Shown: positions 1 through 10,509 of the stretch, piece after piece
Numbering within the stretch: the first letter of the stretch is position 1
Layout of the letters: every line of letters begins with the position of its first letter
Assembly (NCBI GenBank): GCA_963768855.1
Contig: CAVYJM010000006.1
Coordinates: 992,001 to 1,056,000, forward strand
Origin: an uncultured Thermoplasmata archaeon
GTDB lineage: Archaea; Thermoplasmatota; Thermoplasmata; RBG-16-68-12
Direction of reading: 5' to 3'
DNA length: 64,000 nucleotides
Translations under genes and position numbers: made by a program
The notes under the pieces: model-generated
What the model was told of the DNA's origin: nothing
Seen by the model: the letters and a program-made list of their open reading frames with translations, nothing else
The model's database searches: none

Positions 1-560
1 TCGACGATGAAGGCGCTGATTCCCTTGTTGCCCTTCGACGGGTCCGTGATCGCCATGATGACGAACGTACCGGCCACGGGTGCGTTCGTGCAGAAGTTCT
101 TCGCGCCGGTCAGGACCCAGCCGTGCGCCGTCTTCTTGGCCATCGTCTTCATCGCCGCCGCGTCGGATCCGCTGGACGGTTCCGTGAGCGCCCACGCGGC
201 GAGCTTGCGGCCGCTGGCCAGCTCGGGCACATACCGCTTGCGCTGGGCGTCCGTGCCCGCGAGCCAGATGTTGCCCATGCCGAGAGTGTTGTGGGCGGAC
301 ATGATGAGCGCATGGGAGCCGCAGATGCGTGCGACTTCCTCGAGCGCGATCGCGAAGGAGATCGTGTCGAGCCCGGCGCCCTCGAAGTCCGTCGGGATCG
401 TCATGCCCATGAGGCCCAGGGACGCCATCCCCGCGACCGTCTTCGAGGGGAACTCGCCCGTGCGATCGTGGTAGGCGGCGACGGGGCGGATCTCCTTCTC
501 GGCGAACTCGCGGACCGTCTTGCGGATCATCTCATGCTCTTCGCTGAAGTCGAAGTCCAT
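1..560 (-). CDS. Acyl-CoA dehydrogenase, N-terminal part (runs off the window start)
   Basis: Manual translation from ATG 560: [24 protein letters not shown]...[14 protein letters not shown], the ACAD N-terminus and TEP-x-x-GSD motif. Not in the ORF track because it is open at the edge. Confidence 0.93.
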   Translation of the reverse strand, partial: MDFDFSEEHEMIRKTVREFAEKEIRPVAAYHDRTGEFPSKTVAGMASLGLMGMTIPTDFEGAGLDTISFAIALEEVARICGSHALIMSAHNTLGMGNIWLAGTDAQRKRYVPELASGRKLAAWALTEPSSGSDAAAMKTMAKKTAHGWVLTGAKNFCTNAPVAGTFVIMAITDPSKGNKGISAFIV

Positions 561-609
561 GCTCAGCCCGGCTGGGCAATCGCCCTCTCGGGCTTGAGCC
601 TTCGCCCCC

Positions 610-1182
610 TCAAGCAGGAGGGCGTCGCCGCCGATCCCCGAAATCGGTGAGATGGTCCCTGGAGGCCCGAAGGAGCTCGAGCGCGGCGTCATGCTCCTGC
701 GTCACGTAGTCGATGATGTCCGCGTAGGCGCCCTTGCGATACAAGGCCGGCACGCGGGCCCCGGGCTCCTTGTCCGCGAACACGTGCAGGCTCGAGCCCG
801 TGAACTGGCCGCGGTTCATCAGGATCAGGACGGGCTGCAAGTCGAGGTACGGCTTGGTGAACCAGTAATACTTCAGCGTGGCCATATCCCACTTAATCAG
901 GTTCCACTTCGTCGCCCGCTCGATCAGGAAGGTCAGGTCGAAACGCAGGCGGTTCCCGACGGGCACGAAGTCCCAGTTCGGCTGGAGGATCCCCTTCTCC
1001 AGGATCAATCGGAGCATCTCCTTCTCGCCCCACTCCCACTCCACCATGATCTGGAACAGGCCGACGGGCTCGAGGCGATCATCGAGTTGGTGGAACTGGA
1101 CGGTGACGATCCGGTCCTGCTGCGGATCGTCCCCGGTGGTTTCCTGGTCGAAGTAGAACAGGGTCAGGGCGCCCGCCGGCAC
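610..1182 (-). CDS. Stand-alone RNase H-like / DEDD 3'-5' exonuclease domain protein
   Basis: ExoI FDQETTG, ExoII GNRLRFD, ExoIII-like YVTQEHD. GTG 1182 chosen because CTTAAG at 1203-1208 looks like the TATA box. Confidence 0.7.
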   Translation of the reverse strand: MPAGALTLFYFDQETTGDDPQQDRIVTVQFHQLDDRLEPVGLFQIMVEWEWGEKEMLRLILEKGILQPNWDFVPVGNRLRFDLTFLIERATKWNLIKWDMATLKYYWFTKPYLDLQPVLILMNRGQFTGSSLHVFADKEPGARVPALYRKGAYADIIDYVTQEHDAALELLRASRDHLTDFGDRRRRPPA

Positions 1183-1372
1183 GAAGCAAGGCGGCGACGC
1201 CACTTAAGGGCTTCCGTCCGCCCTTCCTCCTGGACTTAGGATGCCCTAACTCGGCCGGCGCCCAACCTAAGAAACACCGCATAATACCCATGTATATTCT
1301 TTCAGGGACTGCAAACACTTCATGGACGGCGGGGTCTAAGTCCTGCGACCCCTCCATTCGAACAGGGAGCCG

Positions 1373-3085
1373 ATGGAACGAATCGAGCATGACATCGTCG
1401 TGATAGGGTCGGGACTGGCGGGCCTCCGCGCGGCCCTCGAGGCGTCCCGAGTCAGCCACGGCCGGCTCGATGTCGGGATCGTCACGAAGACCCAGGCCAT
1501 GCGGTCCCACAGCGTCGCTGCGGAGGGCGGCACGGCCGCGGTCCTCTATCCAGACGAAGGGGACTCCTTCGATTCCCATGTCTGGGACACGGTCAAGGGT
1601 TCAGACTTCCTCGCGGACCAGGACGCGGTCGAGACGTTTGTCCACACGGCTCCCGAGGAGCTGCGCCTGCTCGAGCGCTGGGGCATGCCCTGGTCTCGCC
1701 GGGCGGACGGGCGAATCGCCCAGCGCCCCTTTGGCGGCCACGACTTCCCCCGCGCGACCTTCGCCGCGGACAAGGTCGGGTTCCTCGAGATGCAGACACT
1801 GTACGGGGCCATCCAAGCCTTCCCCAACGTTCACGTGCACCACGAGTGGTACGCGACCTCAATCCTCAAGGAGGCCGACCGGTTCGCGGGCATCACCGCG
1901 ATCGAGCTGAAGACGGGCAACCTCGTCACGGTCCGGGCTAAGGCCGGCATCCTGGCCACGGGCGGCGCGGGCCGCATCTACGGCTTCACGACGAACGGCC
2001 ACCACTCCACGGCGGACGGGCTGTACATGGCCTACCGCGCGGGCCTCGCGATCAAGGACCTCGAGTTCATCCAGTTCCATCCGACGGGTCTCGTGCCGAG
2101 CGGCATCTTGATCACGGAGGCTTCCCGCGGCGAGGGAGGCTACCTCGTGAACAAGGACGGCGAGCGCTTCATGAAGCACTACGCCGAGAAGAAGATGGAA
2201 CTCGCGCCCCGCGACGTGGTCTCCCGCAGCGAGATGACGGAGATCAACGAGGGCCGCGGCCTCGACGGCCCCGAGGGAATCAAGTGCGTGGGCCTCGACC
2301 TGCGCCACCTCGGGAAGGAGAAGATCCTCGAGCGGCTCCCGCAGATCCGCGAAGTGACGATGAAGTTCCTGGGCATCGACCCGGTCGACAACCTGATCCC
2401 GATCAAGCCGGCGGCCCACTTCACGATGGGGGGCGTCCACACGGACCAGAGGGGGGCCACGGAGCTCCGCGGCCTCTGGGCCGCGGGGGAGGCCGGATGC
2501 GTGAGCATCCACGGCGCGAACCGCCTCGGGTCCAACTCCACGTCGATCTGCCTCGTCTACGGCCGCATCACGGGCGCCGAGGCGGCGTACTACGTGAAGG
2601 GCTGGCAGGGAAACGGCCTGCCGAACGACCAGATCCTCGCCGAGGAGACCCGCCTCTTCGATGGAACGCTGAACGGCCGCGGGGACGCGAGCCCGTACGA
2701 GATTCGCGACCGCCTTCAGGAACTGATGGATCGCGATGCCTACGTGTTCCGGTCGGGCGAGGCCTTGGCCCGCGCGCTGCGGGAGATCCGCGCTCTGAAG
2801 GAAGAGGCGTACCGCAACGTCGGGGACAAGGAGCACGAGTACAACACGAACTTCCTCCACGTGCTCGAGCTCGATTCCCTGTTGAACGCTGCAGAGATCG
2901 TCGTCACGGGCGCCCTCGCCCGCCAGGAGAGCCGGGGGGCGCACACCCGCCTAGACTTCCCCAAGCGCGACGACGTGCACTGGCTCCAGCACACGCTCGC
3001 CCACCGCGGTCCCGATGGCGCGCCGCGGCTGAGTTACGTCCCCGTCACGATCACGAAGCACCAGCCCGTGGAGAGGAAGTATTGA
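1373..3085 (+). CDS. sdhA: Succinate dehydrogenase/fumarate reductase flavoprotein subunit
   Basis: GSGLAG FAD loop, RSHSVAAEGG covalent-FAD His, QFHPTG, HFTMGG, HGANRLGSNS. Confidence 0.97.
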   Translation: MERIEHDIVVIGSGLAGLRAALEASRVSHGRLDVGIVTKTQAMRSHSVAAEGGTAAVLYPDEGDSFDSHVWDTVKGSDFLADQDAVETFVHTAPEELRLLERWGMPWSRRADGRIAQRPFGGHDFPRATFAADKVGFLEMQTLYGAIQAFPNVHVHHEWYATSILKEADRFAGITAIELKTGNLVTVRAKAGILATGGAGRIYGFTTNGHHSTADGLYMAYRAGLAIKDLEFIQFHPTGLVPSGILITEASRGEGGYLVNKDGERFMKHYAEKKMELAPRDVVSRSEMTEINEGRGLDGPEGIKCVGLDLRHLGKEKILERLPQIREVTMKFLGIDPVDNLIPIKPAAHFTMGGVHTDQRGATELRGLWAAGEAGCVSIHGANRLGSNSTSICLVYGRITGAEAAYYVKGWQGNGLPNDQILAEETRLFDGTLNGRGDASPYEIRDRLQELMDRDAYVFRSGEALARALREIRALKEEAYRNVGDKEHEYNTNFLHVLELDSLLNAAEIVVTGALARQESRGAHTRLDFPKRDDVHWLQHTLAHRGPDGAPRLSYVPVTITKHQPVERKY

Positions 3086-3086
3086 C

Positions 3087-3581
3087 ATGTCCGATGCGAT
3101 CGTCTCCGTCGAGAAAGCGAAGGCCCCGAAGAAGGACCTGATCACGACCCAGGTAAGGTGGGGCTTCAGCCGCCCGCTCAACCTGGAGAAGCTCGCCCTC
3201 CTCGCGCAGCGCGTCTCCGGCGTCGGCATCCTCGTCTACCTGTTCTTCCACATCTTCGTGACGGGAAGCATCGTGGGCGGCCCCGACGGGGTCCCTGGGG
3301 GCCAGGACGTCTTCGAGGGACTCATGGGCATGCTCTTCAACCCGCTCGCGCACATCGGGGAGCTGCTCGTCGTGGTGGGGGCCACGTTCCACGGGATCAA
3401 CGGGATCCGCGTGATGCTCCTCGAGCTCACCCGGCTCGTCGGCCACCCGATCCGCCCTGATTATCCGTACAAGACCCAGATGCTGGGCAAGGGGCAGCAA
3501 TCGATCCTGCTCACCGCGATGATCATGGCGAGCCTCTCGGCGATCGCGGGCGTCTTCATCCTGTTCCTGGGGGCGGCCTGA
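3087..3581 (+). CDS. sdhC: Succinate dehydrogenase cytochrome b subunit C
   Basis: QRVSG...HI and FHGINGIR heme motifs, three hydrophobic helices, operon position. Confidence 0.9.
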   Translation: MSDAIVSVEKAKAPKKDLITTQVRWGFSRPLNLEKLALLAQRVSGVGILVYLFFHIFVTGSIVGGPDGVPGGQDVFEGLMGMLFNPLAHIGELLVVVGATFHGINGIRVMLLELTRLVGHPIRPDYPYKTQMLGKGQQSILLTAMIMASLSAIAGVFILFLGAA

Positions 3582-3931
3582 TGAAGGAGTCCACGCTGAC
3601 CCTGGTCAACTACATCATGATCCTGGCGCTCCTCGTCACCCTCGCTCTCCACCTCGCAATGCAGGCGTTCCTCGGCGTAACTGGCTACGCGGACGCGCTC
3701 AGCTACCAGACCGCCCTCGCGCGATACCGCGACGCCCTCTCGGTCAGCCTCCTCACGATCCTCCTGATTGCCGCCACGTACCACGGGCTCTTCGGCCTGC
3801 GCAACATCCTCCTGGAATGGCGTCCCGGCAAGCATTGGCATGGGGCCGTGACCGGCATCACCCTCGGCCTCGCGGTCGTCATGCTCGGCTGGGGCATGCG
3901 GACGATCCTCTTCGCGTTCGGGGGGTTCTGA
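3581..3931 (+). CDS. sdhD: Succinate dehydrogenase membrane anchor subunit D
   Basis: Hydrophobic, YHGLFGLR motif, 1-nt overlap with sdhC. Confidence 0.88.
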   Translation: MKESTLTLVNYIMILALLVTLALHLAMQAFLGVTGYADALSYQTALARYRDALSVSLLTILLIAATYHGLFGLRNILLEWRPGKHWHGAVTGITLGLAVVMLGWGMRTILFAFGGF

Positions 3932-3945
3932 GCGTGGTCCTCACG

Positions 3946-4749
3946 ATGCAGGAGCCGCCCAAGAAAGAGGAGACCGTCATCAAGATCGAGCCGGTCTCCC
4001 AGGAGAAGCTCGTCTCGAACCCCCAGACGATCCTCCTCGCCGTGTTCCGGTACAACCCGAACGTCCGGGGCGACAAGCCGCGCATGGTCACGTACCGCGT
4101 GCCGGTGTCGAAGGGCCTTACCGTGCTCGACGCCCTCCTCTGGGTGAAGGAGCACGTCGACAACGGCCTCTCGTTCCGCTACTCTTGCCGGATGGGCATC
4201 TGCGGATCCTGCGGCATGCTGATCAACGGCAAGCCGATGCTCGGCTGCGAGACGCAGATCGCGGAGCTCGGGACCGACGTGGTCGAGATTGGCCCGTTGA
4301 ACAACTACGAGGTCATCCGGGACGTCGCCACGGACTTCACGGACTTCTTCTCCCACCACAACCGGATCCGGCCCTACCTGATCCGCAAGGAGAATGGGGA
4401 CGGCAAGCCGATCGAGAAGGAGCTCCTCCAGTCCGAGGAGCAGAAGCTCGAGTACTACCAGTTCACGATGTGTATCATGTGCGGGCTGTGCGATGCCGCC
4501 TGCCCGATTGTCGGGATGGACAAGGACTTCCTCGGACCCCAGGCGCTCGCGCAGGCGTACCGGTTCGCGGTCGACTCCCGCGATCAGGGGTGGCCCGAGC
4601 GCGCCGAGGTTGTCGACTCCCCGCACGGATGCTTCCGGTGCGAGCTCGCGGGCTCTTGCAGCGCCGTCTGCCCGAAGGGCGTCGACCCGGGGATGGGCGT
4701 CCAGCTCCTGAAGCGGCACGTGATGCACCGGAAGGTCGGCATCGCCTAG
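3946..4749 (+). CDS. sdhB: Succinate dehydrogenase iron-sulfur subunit
   Basis: SCRMGICGSC (2Fe-2S), CIMCGLCDAAC, CFRCELAGSCSAVCPK. Alternative start GTG 3934. Confidence 0.96.
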   Translation: MQEPPKKEETVIKIEPVSQEKLVSNPQTILLAVFRYNPNVRGDKPRMVTYRVPVSKGLTVLDALLWVKEHVDNGLSFRYSCRMGICGSCGMLINGKPMLGCETQIAELGTDVVEIGPLNNYEVIRDVATDFTDFFSHHNRIRPYLIRKENGDGKPIEKELLQSEEQKLEYYQFTMCIMCGLCDAACPIVGMDKDFLGPQALAQAYRFAVDSRDQGWPERAEVVDSPHGCFRCELAGSCSAVCPKGVDPGMGVQLLKRHVMHRKVGIA

Positions 4750-4831
4750 CCGCGCACCCTTCGTCGTGCGACAGTCTTTTGTGGGAAAGGGCGATTCCCC
4801 GCCTCGGGCAGAGAGTCCACGAGGGAGGAGC

Positions 4832-5983
4832 ATGCGAGTGGGCATCATCGGGGTTGGGATGACGGCGTTTCGGCCGTCGACGCCGGAGTACAGCTGGAAG
4901 GAACTCATGTTCGAGGCCGCATCCCGCGCCTACGCGGATGCGGGTCTGAATCCTCGCACCGACGTGGACTCGTTCATCACGTGCGCGGAAGACTACTACG
5001 AAGGGTTTGGCATCTTCGACGAGTTCGTCCCGGATCAGTTGGGCGCGGCGCTGCGGCCCACCTGCACCGTTTCAGGAGACGGCCTCCACGGGCTCGCCTC
5101 CGCCTTCATGCAGATCCAGGCAGGCGTCGTGGACGTCGTCGCGGTCGAGGCGCACAGCAAAGCCTCGGACATCGTCAGCCTCGAGGGGATCGTGGAGCAG
5201 GGTCTCGACCCGATCTGGAATCGCCCCCTGGGCGCCCACCCCTACGTGTTCGCGGGGTTGGAGGCGGACGCGTACCTGCGTTCGAGCCACACCCCGCGGA
5301 AGGCCCTCGCCTCGGTCGTCGCGAAGAACCGCCGGAACGGCCTGCTGAATCCCTTGGCCGCCTACGGCGCCGCAGTCGACGAGGCGCAGGCGGCGAGCGC
5401 TCCCGAGCGGTTCACTCCCCTCCGGTCCCTGGACATCAGCGACCCTGCGGACGGCGCGGTCGTCCTCGTCGTGGCGTCCGAGCGGGCCGCGAGGAAGTTC
5501 CACGCCAATCCCGTCTGGGTCCGCGGCATCGGCTGGGCGAACGACTCGCCGACCTTCGAGACGCGAATCTTTGCCGAGGCGTGGTACGCTGAACTCGCGG
5601 CCCAGATGGCCTACAAGCTCGCGAAGGTCCGCCGGCCGTCCACCGAGTTCGACCTCGCCGAGGTCGACGACCGGTTCTCCCACAAGGAGTTGCAGCACCT
5701 CGAGGCGGTCGGCCTGGTGAAGAGCGGCGAGGCCGGCCGGCGCGCGATGAGGGGCGACTTCGCCCTAGAGGGCAAGCTGCCCGTCAACGCCTCGGGCGGA
5801 TCCCTGGGCTGCGGGAACGTGTTCGAGGCCACGGGGCTGCACCGGGCCGCCGAGGTCACGCTGCAGCTGCGAGGCGAGGCGGGTCGCCACCAGGTCGACG
5901 GCGCCCGGCTAGGACTCGCGCAGTCCTGGCGGTTCGTTCCGTCCGCGAGCGGAGCCGTCGCGGTCCTGGGGGTGGGAAAGTGA
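4832..5983 (+). CDS. Thiolase-fold protein (SCP-x-like archaeal type), lacks catalytic Cys
   Basis: VGIIGVGMT start, VAKNRRNG, DGAVVLVV, PVNASGG; GGAGG-type SD before ATG 4832. Confidence 0.9.
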   Translation: MRVGIIGVGMTAFRPSTPEYSWKELMFEAASRAYADAGLNPRTDVDSFITCAEDYYEGFGIFDEFVPDQLGAALRPTCTVSGDGLHGLASAFMQIQAGVVDVVAVEAHSKASDIVSLEGIVEQGLDPIWNRPLGAHPYVFAGLEADAYLRSSHTPRKALASVVAKNRRNGLLNPLAAYGAAVDEAQAASAPERFTPLRSLDISDPADGAVVLVVASERAARKFHANPVWVRGIGWANDSPTFETRIFAEAWYAELAAQMAYKLAKVRRPSTEFDLAEVDDRFSHKELQHLEAVGLVKSGEAGRRAMRGDFALEGKLPVNASGGSLGCGNVFEATGLHRAAEVTLQLRGEAGRHQVDGARLGLAQSWRFVPSASGAVAVLGVGK

Positions 5984-7143
5984 GGAAGGTCGGCGTCATC
6001 GGCGCGGGGATGACCCTGTTCCGGAGGCGCTTGCAGGACACTCCGAAGGAACTCTGCTACGAGGCCGCAAAGATGGCCCTCGATTCCGCGGGGATCACCC
6101 TCGCCGACGTGAACATGGTCGTGAGCGGCTCCGCTCCCGACGCGTTCGACGGCGTGCACATGAAGGGCGAGTACTACGCGGACGGTTGCGGGGCCCGTGG
6201 ACGCCCGTACATGCGCGTGTACACGGGTGGAGGCACGGGGGTCTTCAGCACGATCGCGGGCTGGTGGCACGTGGCCTCCGGGCTCGCAGACGTCGCGCTC
6301 GTCGTGAATGAGGAGAAGATGTCCCCCTGCCAGCCGCACGCGCAGAGCGTCTTCGGCCATATCTGGGACCCGATCCTCGACCGGCCGCTGAAGCCGAACC
6401 TGGTGTGGATCTTCGCGATGGAGATGAACCGCTACATGACGATCTACCACGTGAAGAAGGAGGACATCGCCCTCGTCGCCGTGAAGAACAAGCGGAACGC
6501 CGTTGGCCATCCGTGCGCGCAGCTCGCGGACCCGAACATCACCGTGGAGGACGTGATGAACAGCGAGGTCATGGCCTGGCCCGTGAACCGGCTGGACATC
6601 AGCCCGCCGAGCGACGGCGCGTCCGCGGTCGTCATGGCCTCGGAGGACTTCATCCGCAAGCGCAAGGTGCAGGACAAGGCCTGGGTCAACGGCGTCGGGT
6701 GGTGCATCGACTCCACGATGTGGACCGACCGCGACCTGGTCTTCCCCGAATACGTCGCGCGCGCCGCGAAGATGGCCTACAAGCAGGCCCGGATCGACCG
6801 GCCGCCGAAGCAGATCGATTTCGCGGAGCCGTACGATCCCTTCGACTACAAGGAGCTGCACCACATGGAGGGCCTGCTCCTCGCGAAGAAGGGGGAGGCG
6901 CCCAAGCTCACGAAGGAGGGCGTCACCCAACGGGACGGGGACCTGCCCACCTGCCCGTCGGGCGGCCTCCTCGGCGTCGGCAACCCGATCGCGGCGACGA
7001 TGGGCATCAAGATCGGGGAGCTCTTCTGGCAGCTGACCGGCCAGGCGGGCAAACGCCAGATCCCGAATGAGGTCCACACGGGGGTGGCCCAGGCGTGGGG
7101 CGATCTCATGCAATACGGTTCCGTGGTGGTGATGCGCGCATGA
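5980..7143 (+). CDS. Second thiolase-fold protein, lacks catalytic Cys
   Basis: VGVIGAGMT, VKNKRNA, SDGASAVV, CPSGGLL; GTGA overlap with the upstream gene. Confidence 0.9.
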   Translation: MRKVGVIGAGMTLFRRRLQDTPKELCYEAAKMALDSAGITLADVNMVVSGSAPDAFDGVHMKGEYYADGCGARGRPYMRVYTGGGTGVFSTIAGWWHVASGLADVALVVNEEKMSPCQPHAQSVFGHIWDPILDRPLKPNLVWIFAMEMNRYMTIYHVKKEDIALVAVKNKRNAVGHPCAQLADPNITVEDVMNSEVMAWPVNRLDISPPSDGASAVVMASEDFIRKRKVQDKAWVNGVGWCIDSTMWTDRDLVFPEYVARAAKMAYKQARIDRPPKQIDFAEPYDPFDYKELHHMEGLLLAKKGEAPKLTKEGVTQRDGDLPTCPSGGLLGVGNPIAATMGIKIGELFWQLTGQAGKRQIPNEVHTGVAQAWGDLMQYGSVVVMRA

Positions 7144-7661
7144 CCTCCCGGATCGCGAAGTTCCCGGGCGTCGAGCTCGGGTCCAAGGAGTTCTACGAAG
7201 GAAAGGTCACCCAGGTCCGCTCCCGACCCGATGCGAGATATGAGTTCTCCGCGGGCGAGGCGATCAGCCGCTTCCTGGAGGAACTGCAGAAGGGCAAGCT
7301 CATCGCCCGGACCTGCAAAGGCTGCGACCGGATCCTCTTCCCGCCCCGGATGTTCTGCGAGGAGTGCTACCGACCCACGGACGAGTGGCGGTACATCCGC
7401 GACACGGGCACGATCGAGACATTCTCGATTTCGTACCTGGATCAGGACGCGAAACGCATCACGGACCCGATCCTCGTCGGGGTCGTGAGCCTGGACGGCG
7501 CGTCGCCCAAAATGGGGATGATGCACTACTTCGGGGAGATGACGAAGGACGAGATCCAGATCGGCATGAAGGTGAAGGCCGTGTGGAAACCCGCCGAGGA
7601 GCGGAAGGGGAGCGTGCTCGACATCCGCTACTTCCGCCCATTGCGGGAGGGGGAAGCATGA
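7140..7661 (+). CDS. DUF35-family Zn-ribbon/OB-fold protein
   Basis: CKGC...FPPRMFCEEC rubredoxin-like ribbon then OB fold; ATGA overlap with the thiolase. Confidence 0.92.
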   Translation: MTSRIAKFPGVELGSKEFYEGKVTQVRSRPDARYEFSAGEAISRFLEELQKGKLIARTCKGCDRILFPPRMFCEECYRPTDEWRYIRDTGTIETFSISYLDQDAKRITDPILVGVVSLDGASPKMGMMHYFGEMTKDEIQIGMKVKAVWKPAEERKGSVLDIRYFRPLREGEA

Positions 7662-8143
7662 CCTTCCTCGAGCGTACCACGGACTCGAAGCGCCTGCGGC
7701 ATGTGGGCGTCGACATGTCCATGGACTACATCTACACGAGCGGGATCGCCGGGGAGACGTTCTTCAAGGCGCTGCGGGACGAGGGACGCATCCTCGCCGT
7801 GCACTGTCCTGTCTGCAAGGTGAACCAGCTCCCGCCTCGCATGTTCTGCGAGCGGTGCTTCACGGAGCTCAAGGAGTTCGTCGATGTCCCGCCGGAGGGC
7901 CGGGTCGCCACCGTCACCGTGTCCCGGGTCGATCGCCGCGGTCGTCCTCTCCCCGCGCCCGAGGTCTATGCCTTCGTCACGTTCAAGGGCATCCAGGAGG
8001 GCGGGCTGATCCACCGGCTCCTCGTGGTGCCGGAGCGGGCGAAGGTCGGGCTCGCCGTGCGGCCGCAGCTCAAGCCAAGAGAGGCCCGAACGGGCACGAT
8101 CCTCGATATCGAAGGATTCGCGCCGGTGGCTTCCCAGCCGTGA
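7658..8143 (+). CDS. Second DUF35-family Zn-ribbon/OB-fold protein
   Basis: CPVC...LPPRMFCERC; ATGA overlap with the first DUF35 gene. Confidence 0.92.
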   Translation: MTFLERTTDSKRLRHVGVDMSMDYIYTSGIAGETFFKALRDEGRILAVHCPVCKVNQLPPRMFCERCFTELKEFVDVPPEGRVATVTVSRVDRRGRPLPAPEVYAFVTFKGIQEGGLIHRLLVVPERAKVGLAVRPQLKPREARTGTILDIEGFAPVASQP

Positions 8144-8210
8144 GAATGGAGGCCAAGGCGTTATAAGCCGAGGGCTGGTATCAGCTCGGAGAACGTCCGG
8201 GAGGCCTCGG

Positions 8211-8759
8211 ATGGAAACCGAGTCGAAGACCTACAAATTCAAGATCTGCTTGGTCGGCGAAGAGGGCGTCGGGAAGACGAGCCTCATCCACCGGTTCGTC
8301 TCCGGGGCGTTCGACGAGTCGTACATCCGGACCCTCGGGGCGGTCGTCTCGAAGAAGACGGTGAGCCTCGGGAGCCTGGAGGGCCGGCCCGTGAGCGTGG
8401 ACATGGTCATCCTCGACATCATGGGCAAGCGTACGTTCCTGCAGCTGTTCAAGGAGGCCTACTTCCACGGCGCGAAGGGCATCCTCGCCGTCTTCGACGT
8501 GACGAAGGGGTCGTCCCTCCGCGACCTCACGAAGTGGATCGACGGTGTGCGCGATTCCGTGGGACCGATCCCGGTCTATGCGCTCGGCAACAAGGCGGAT
8601 CTCTCGGAGCGGCGCGAGACGACGGATGACGAAGCGTCCGAGACGCTCCGGTCCTACGAGTGCCCGATCCTGTATACATCCGCGAAGACGGGCGACAACG
8701 TCGAGCAGGCCTTCCAGAGCCTCGCGAAGACGATCGTCGAGACGACGAAGCCGGACTGA
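8211..8759 (+). CDS. Ras/Rab-like small GTPase
   Basis: G1 GEEGVGKT, G2 YIRT, G3 DIMG, G4 NKAD, G5 SAK; TTATAA box at 8161. Confidence 0.92.
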   Translation: METESKTYKFKICLVGEEGVGKTSLIHRFVSGAFDESYIRTLGAVVSKKTVSLGSLEGRPVSVDMVILDIMGKRTFLQLFKEAYFHGAKGILAVFDVTKGSSLRDLTKWIDGVRDSVGPIPVYALGNKADLSERRETTDDEASETLRSYECPILYTSAKTGDNVEQAFQSLAKTIVETTKPD

Positions 8760-8816
8760 GTCTCGCGGGTCGGAACCATCTTATATGGACCCGTGCTTCA
8801 AAGTCGTCGACGGGCC

Positions 8817-10499
8817 ATGGCGGACTCGGACGACCTTCAGGAACTCGAGGCTCGCCTCCGGAAGTGGGAGGCGACCACCCTCAAGGAAGCGCTCAAGGCG
8901 CTCCCCGAGCGCCGCAAGGAGTTCCTCACCACCTCGAGCCGCCCGGTGCGGCGTCTGTACACCCCGCTGGATCTTCGCGGGAGGCCGCCGGCGGAGCGGC
9001 TGGGGCAGCCGGGCGAGTTCCCTTTCACGCGCGGCATCCATCCGACCATGTATCGGGGCCGGCTCTGGACGATGCGGATGTTCGCGGGGTACGGCAGCGC
9101 GGACGACACGAACCGCCGGTTCAAGTACCTCATCTCCCACGGCGAGACCGGGCTGAGCGTGGCGTTCGACATGCCCACCCTCTACGGTTACGACACGGAC
9201 GCGCCCGAGGCGAAGGGCGAGTTCGGGACGTGCGGCGTCGCCGTGTCCTCGCTCGACGACATGCAGATCCTGTTCCGGGACATCGACGTCGGCGAAATCA
9301 GCACCTCGATGACGATCAACGCGCCCGCGGACGTCACCTGGGCCATGTACCTCGGGATGGCGGAGAGCCGCGGCGTGCCGCTCACGAAGCTGCGCGGCAC
9401 GATCCAGAACGACATCCTCAAGGAGTACGAGGCCCAGAAGGAGTGGATCTTCCCGCCCGAGCCATCCATGCGCCTCGTCGTCGACACGTTCGAGTTCGGC
9501 GTGAAGCAGGTGCCGCAGTGGAACACGATCTCCATCAGCGGCTACCATATCCGGGAGGCCGGCGCGACCGCGGGCCAGGAACTCGCCTTCACCCTGGCGA
9601 ACGGCATGGAGTACGTTCGGTGGGGGATCGACCGGGGCCTCAAAGTGGACTCCTTCGCGCCGCGTCTGAGTTTCTTCTTCAACGCTCACAACGACCTCTT
9701 CGAGGAGATCGCGAAATACCGCGCCGCGCGGCGGATCTGGGCGCGGGAGATGCGGGACACGTTCGGCGCGAAGAGCCCGAGGTCCTGGCTCCTCCGTACC
9801 CATGCGCAGACCGCCGGCGTCTCGCTGACGGCCCAGCAGCCAGAGGTAAACATCGTCCGCACGACGATCCAGGCGCTCGCGGCCGTCCTCGGGGGCGCAC
9901 AGTCCCTTCACACGAACAGCTACGACGAGGCCTACCAGGTCCCGAACGAGAAGGCCGTCCGGATCGCCCTGCGCACTCAGCAGATCCTGGCCCACGAAAG
10001 CGGCATCGCGAACACGGTGGACCCGCTCGGCGGCTCCTATTACCTGGAGGACCTGACGGACGAGCTCGAGGAGGACGCCTACCGCTACTTCGATCGGATC
10101 CAGGAACTGGGCGGCGTCATCGCGTCGATCCGGAAGGGGTTCATCCAGCAGGAGATTGCGAACTCGGCGTACCGCTACCAGCGCGAGATCGAAGACAAGG
10201 AGCGCATCATCGTCGGCGTCAACGACTTCGTCGTCGACGAGCAGCCCGAGGTGGAGCCGCTGCGGGTCTCCGCCGCGTCCCTCCGCGGCCAGCTGGACCA
10301 CCTCAAGCGGATCCGCGCGAACCGCGACCGGAAGAAGTGGCAGCGTTCGCTGGACGGCCTCCGGAAGGCCTGCGAGGACGAGGATGCGAACACAATGCCG
10401 CACATCCTCGACGCGGTGCGCTCGCGGGCCACCCTGGGCGAGATCTGCGACGTGATGCGAGAGGCCTTCGGCGTCTGGGAGGAACCGCTTCTCTATTGA
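8817..10499 (+). CDS. B12-dependent acyl-CoA mutase large subunit with isobutyryl-CoA mutase-type specificity residues
   Basis: [40 protein letters not shown]; Phe89 and Gln207. Confidence 0.93.
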   Translation: MADSDDLQELEARLRKWEATTLKEALKALPERRKEFLTTSSRPVRRLYTPLDLRGRPPAERLGQPGEFPFTRGIHPTMYRGRLWTMRMFAGYGSADDTNRRFKYLISHGETGLSVAFDMPTLYGYDTDAPEAKGEFGTCGVAVSSLDDMQILFRDIDVGEISTSMTINAPADVTWAMYLGMAESRGVPLTKLRGTIQNDILKEYEAQKEWIFPPEPSMRLVVDTFEFGVKQVPQWNTISISGYHIREAGATAGQELAFTLANGMEYVRWGIDRGLKVDSFAPRLSFFFNAHNDLFEEIAKYRAARRIWAREMRDTFGAKSPRSWLLRTHAQTAGVSLTAQQPEVNIVRTTIQALAAVLGGAQSLHTNSYDEAYQVPNEKAVRIALRTQQILAHESGIANTVDPLGGSYYLEDLTDELEEDAYRYFDRIQELGGVIASIRKGFIQQEIANSAYRYQREIEDKERIIVGVNDFVVDEQPEVEPLRVSAASLRGQLDHLKRIRANRDRKKWQRSLDGLRKACEDEDANTMPHILDAVRSRATLGEICDVMREAFGVWEEPLLY

Positions 10500-10509
10500 G
10501 GTGCTCGGC

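Noticed and set aside
1213-1343. Inverted repeats (GGACTTAG/CTAAGTCC, TTAGG/CCTAA) in the sdh promoter gap
   Set aside because: Short and irregularly spaced; cannot be told from chance without comparative data.
8817-10499. Calling this gene methylmalonyl-CoA mutase
   Set aside because: Tyr89 and Arg207 are replaced by Phe and Gln.
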